Source: Styela clava
Lineage: Eukaryota
Assembly: GCF_964204865.1 (NCBI RefSeq)
Contig: NC_135264.1
Location: forward strand, 14,260,001-14,324,000
DNA: 64,000 bases
Direction: 5' to 3'
Positions within the stretch are counted from its first letter, which is position 1. Each line of letters begins with the position of its first letter. Positions 62,361 to 64,000 of this stretch are shown here, one piece after another. The notes under the pieces are model-generated. The model saw nothing but the letters and a program-made list of their open reading frames with translations, was not told the origin of the DNA and ran no database searches. A program made the position numbers and the translations under genes.

Positions 62361-62711
62361 GGTAAAAGTTACATATTTATCCCTGGACACCGTAGGTACC
62401 GGTACCGGTAACGACAGAACGAGAAGAGGTACGGTACCGTACTTGGTCTTTTGACATTTTTTTGTTAAACTTTTTTAGGTTGCCATCTCTCATTTACCAG
62501 TATTCGTTATCGAGTACCGGTACTGGTACCTATGGTAGATACCGTTAAAGTTACATATTTATCCCTGGACACCAGAGGTACCGGTAACGACAGAACGAGA
62601 TGAGGTACGTTATCGTACTTGGTCTTTTGGCATTTTTTTAGTAAACTTTCTGAGGTTGCCATCTCTTATTTACCAGTAACTTATTCGTTATCGAGTACCG
62701 ATACCGGTATT
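62361..62711. repeat. ~180-bp tandem duplication rich in GGTACC/TACCGG
   Basis: aaagttacatatttatccctggacacc...acgacagaacgag...ttcgttatcgagtaccg twice. Confidence 0.85.
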
Positions 62712-63811
62712 GGTCCTTCATCCCTGGATATGATTTTTCATATTTACTTTATTTGTCTAAGTGCGAACATTTCCGCAGCCCAAATCCAACCCGTTGAACG
62801 ACTTAATCCAGTAATCTGAATAGTTGTACATTTGTGAACCTTCTGTCTGATGAATTTCAACAAATCTAAATACAGATCTCAATTGGCTGAAATCTAAAAT
62901 ATGTTTTAACAATTGCCACAATCAAACTGAAACTAAAATTTGATGTTTTTGGGTAAAAAATAGCTCAAGGATTATTGTTTTCCCTTTTTGTTTTTGTACC
63001 GTAACACTTTAAATAAAATTTTGTTTCTAAAGTATAACTTTTTACGCCACACATGCGAGATGCGACATGGCCCGCCAGTCTAGGTGTGCAAAATTTTTGC
63101 ACGTGGTCCGAGAACTTTGCCCAACCCTGCTCTAGTTCATATTTTCAGCTTTGTTGAGAAATAAATTACTGATTTTTGAATAATATCTATTTTGTTTTGA
63201 AATTCAATAGAATTATATTGAGTAATCATATATATTAATATGATTTATTTTCAGTATGTATGCTATGTAAGCTTACCCAACCAACCTTAATTAAGTGTTA
63301 TTATATTTTAAAGTGAATTGGAAAGTAGACCGCTAGCAAAAAAGATTCGGGCGATTGGGGGGAAGCCCATCTCTGTACAATGACTGCCAAATGTGAATGC
63401 AACTGTGCAATGCCCAGCGACTCTAAAAGCATGAAGTATTTTACGACACATCTATTTGGACATATTTTGTGTAATATCCATTTTTTTCCGGTTATTCTAA
63501 ATAATTATTACCGATTAGATATTCTGTCAAGTGTCAATATTACCATTGTAAGTTTAATGATATATACCATTTTTATAATAGGCCCTATGACAATGGACTG
63601 GAAAATTCAACTGCCCCAATTCCCTCTTTCACGCAATCATACACTGTGTCATTTCAAGCATCTAAATGTTTCAATGCGGACAATGCCCAAAACAGGTGTT
63701 TTTGTTTTATAGTTTGATAGTAGCTCCTTGCATATCTGTGCCATAAAATATTGCACAATAGCTAGATATATCGGTTGAATAATTACCTAGTACAACAGCA
63801 TGTGGTTAATA

Positions 63812-64000
63812 CCGTATTTTTCGGCGAATAAGTCGCTTTTCTAGACCCAAATTTTTGGCCTGATTTTTGGGGAGGGTCGTCTTTTTAGGGGAGTATGATC
63901 ATTTTCATTTTTTTGTCGCCTTATTATTGAATCGGACAATAAAATACCTTCGGCGATAGCATCCCCCACGTCCTCATCAGGTTAGTTTAAATAAATCGAC
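63812..64000. mobile_element. Left end of a pogo/Tc2-like element running off the window
   Basis: TA|CCGTATTTTTCGGCGAATAAGTCGC, similar to the 31471 TIR type. Confidence 0.55.

Overview
Eukaryotic, AT-rich (~33% GC by eye), repeat-dense animal DNA. It is most consistent with an ascidian (tunicate); this is an inference from gene content and gene structure. Three complete single-exon housekeeping genes lie in the right third: SLC25A46 (+), MRPL19 (+) and transketolase (-). Each has a splice-acceptor-like element just upstream of the ATG, suggesting SL trans-splicing and possibly an SLC25A46-MRPL19 operon. Reading splice signals by hand shows two minus-strand spliced genes that the ORF track misses. 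The first is the 5' part (4 exons, 13980->4432) of a secreted EMILIN/multimerin-like EMI-domain protein. The second is a candidate ~62-aa microprotein gene with tiny exons spread over ~13-17 kb (30818/26189/22932/17732) and a faint resemblance to vertebrate SMPX/Chisel. The rest is a transposon mosaic: two hAT/Buster elements stacked at one GTCTAGAC target, a nested piggyBac MITE, a 2.6-kb foldback with a 7-bp TSD (Galileo/P-like), a Harbinger inserted in a tRNA-SINE, Helentron/HINE-like elements, Merlin-like palindromic mini-MITEs, Tc1/mariner MITEs, a CR1/L2-type LINE fragment, a 32-34-bp minisatellite and many local duplications. No rRNA, genuine tRNA or CRISPR array was found.
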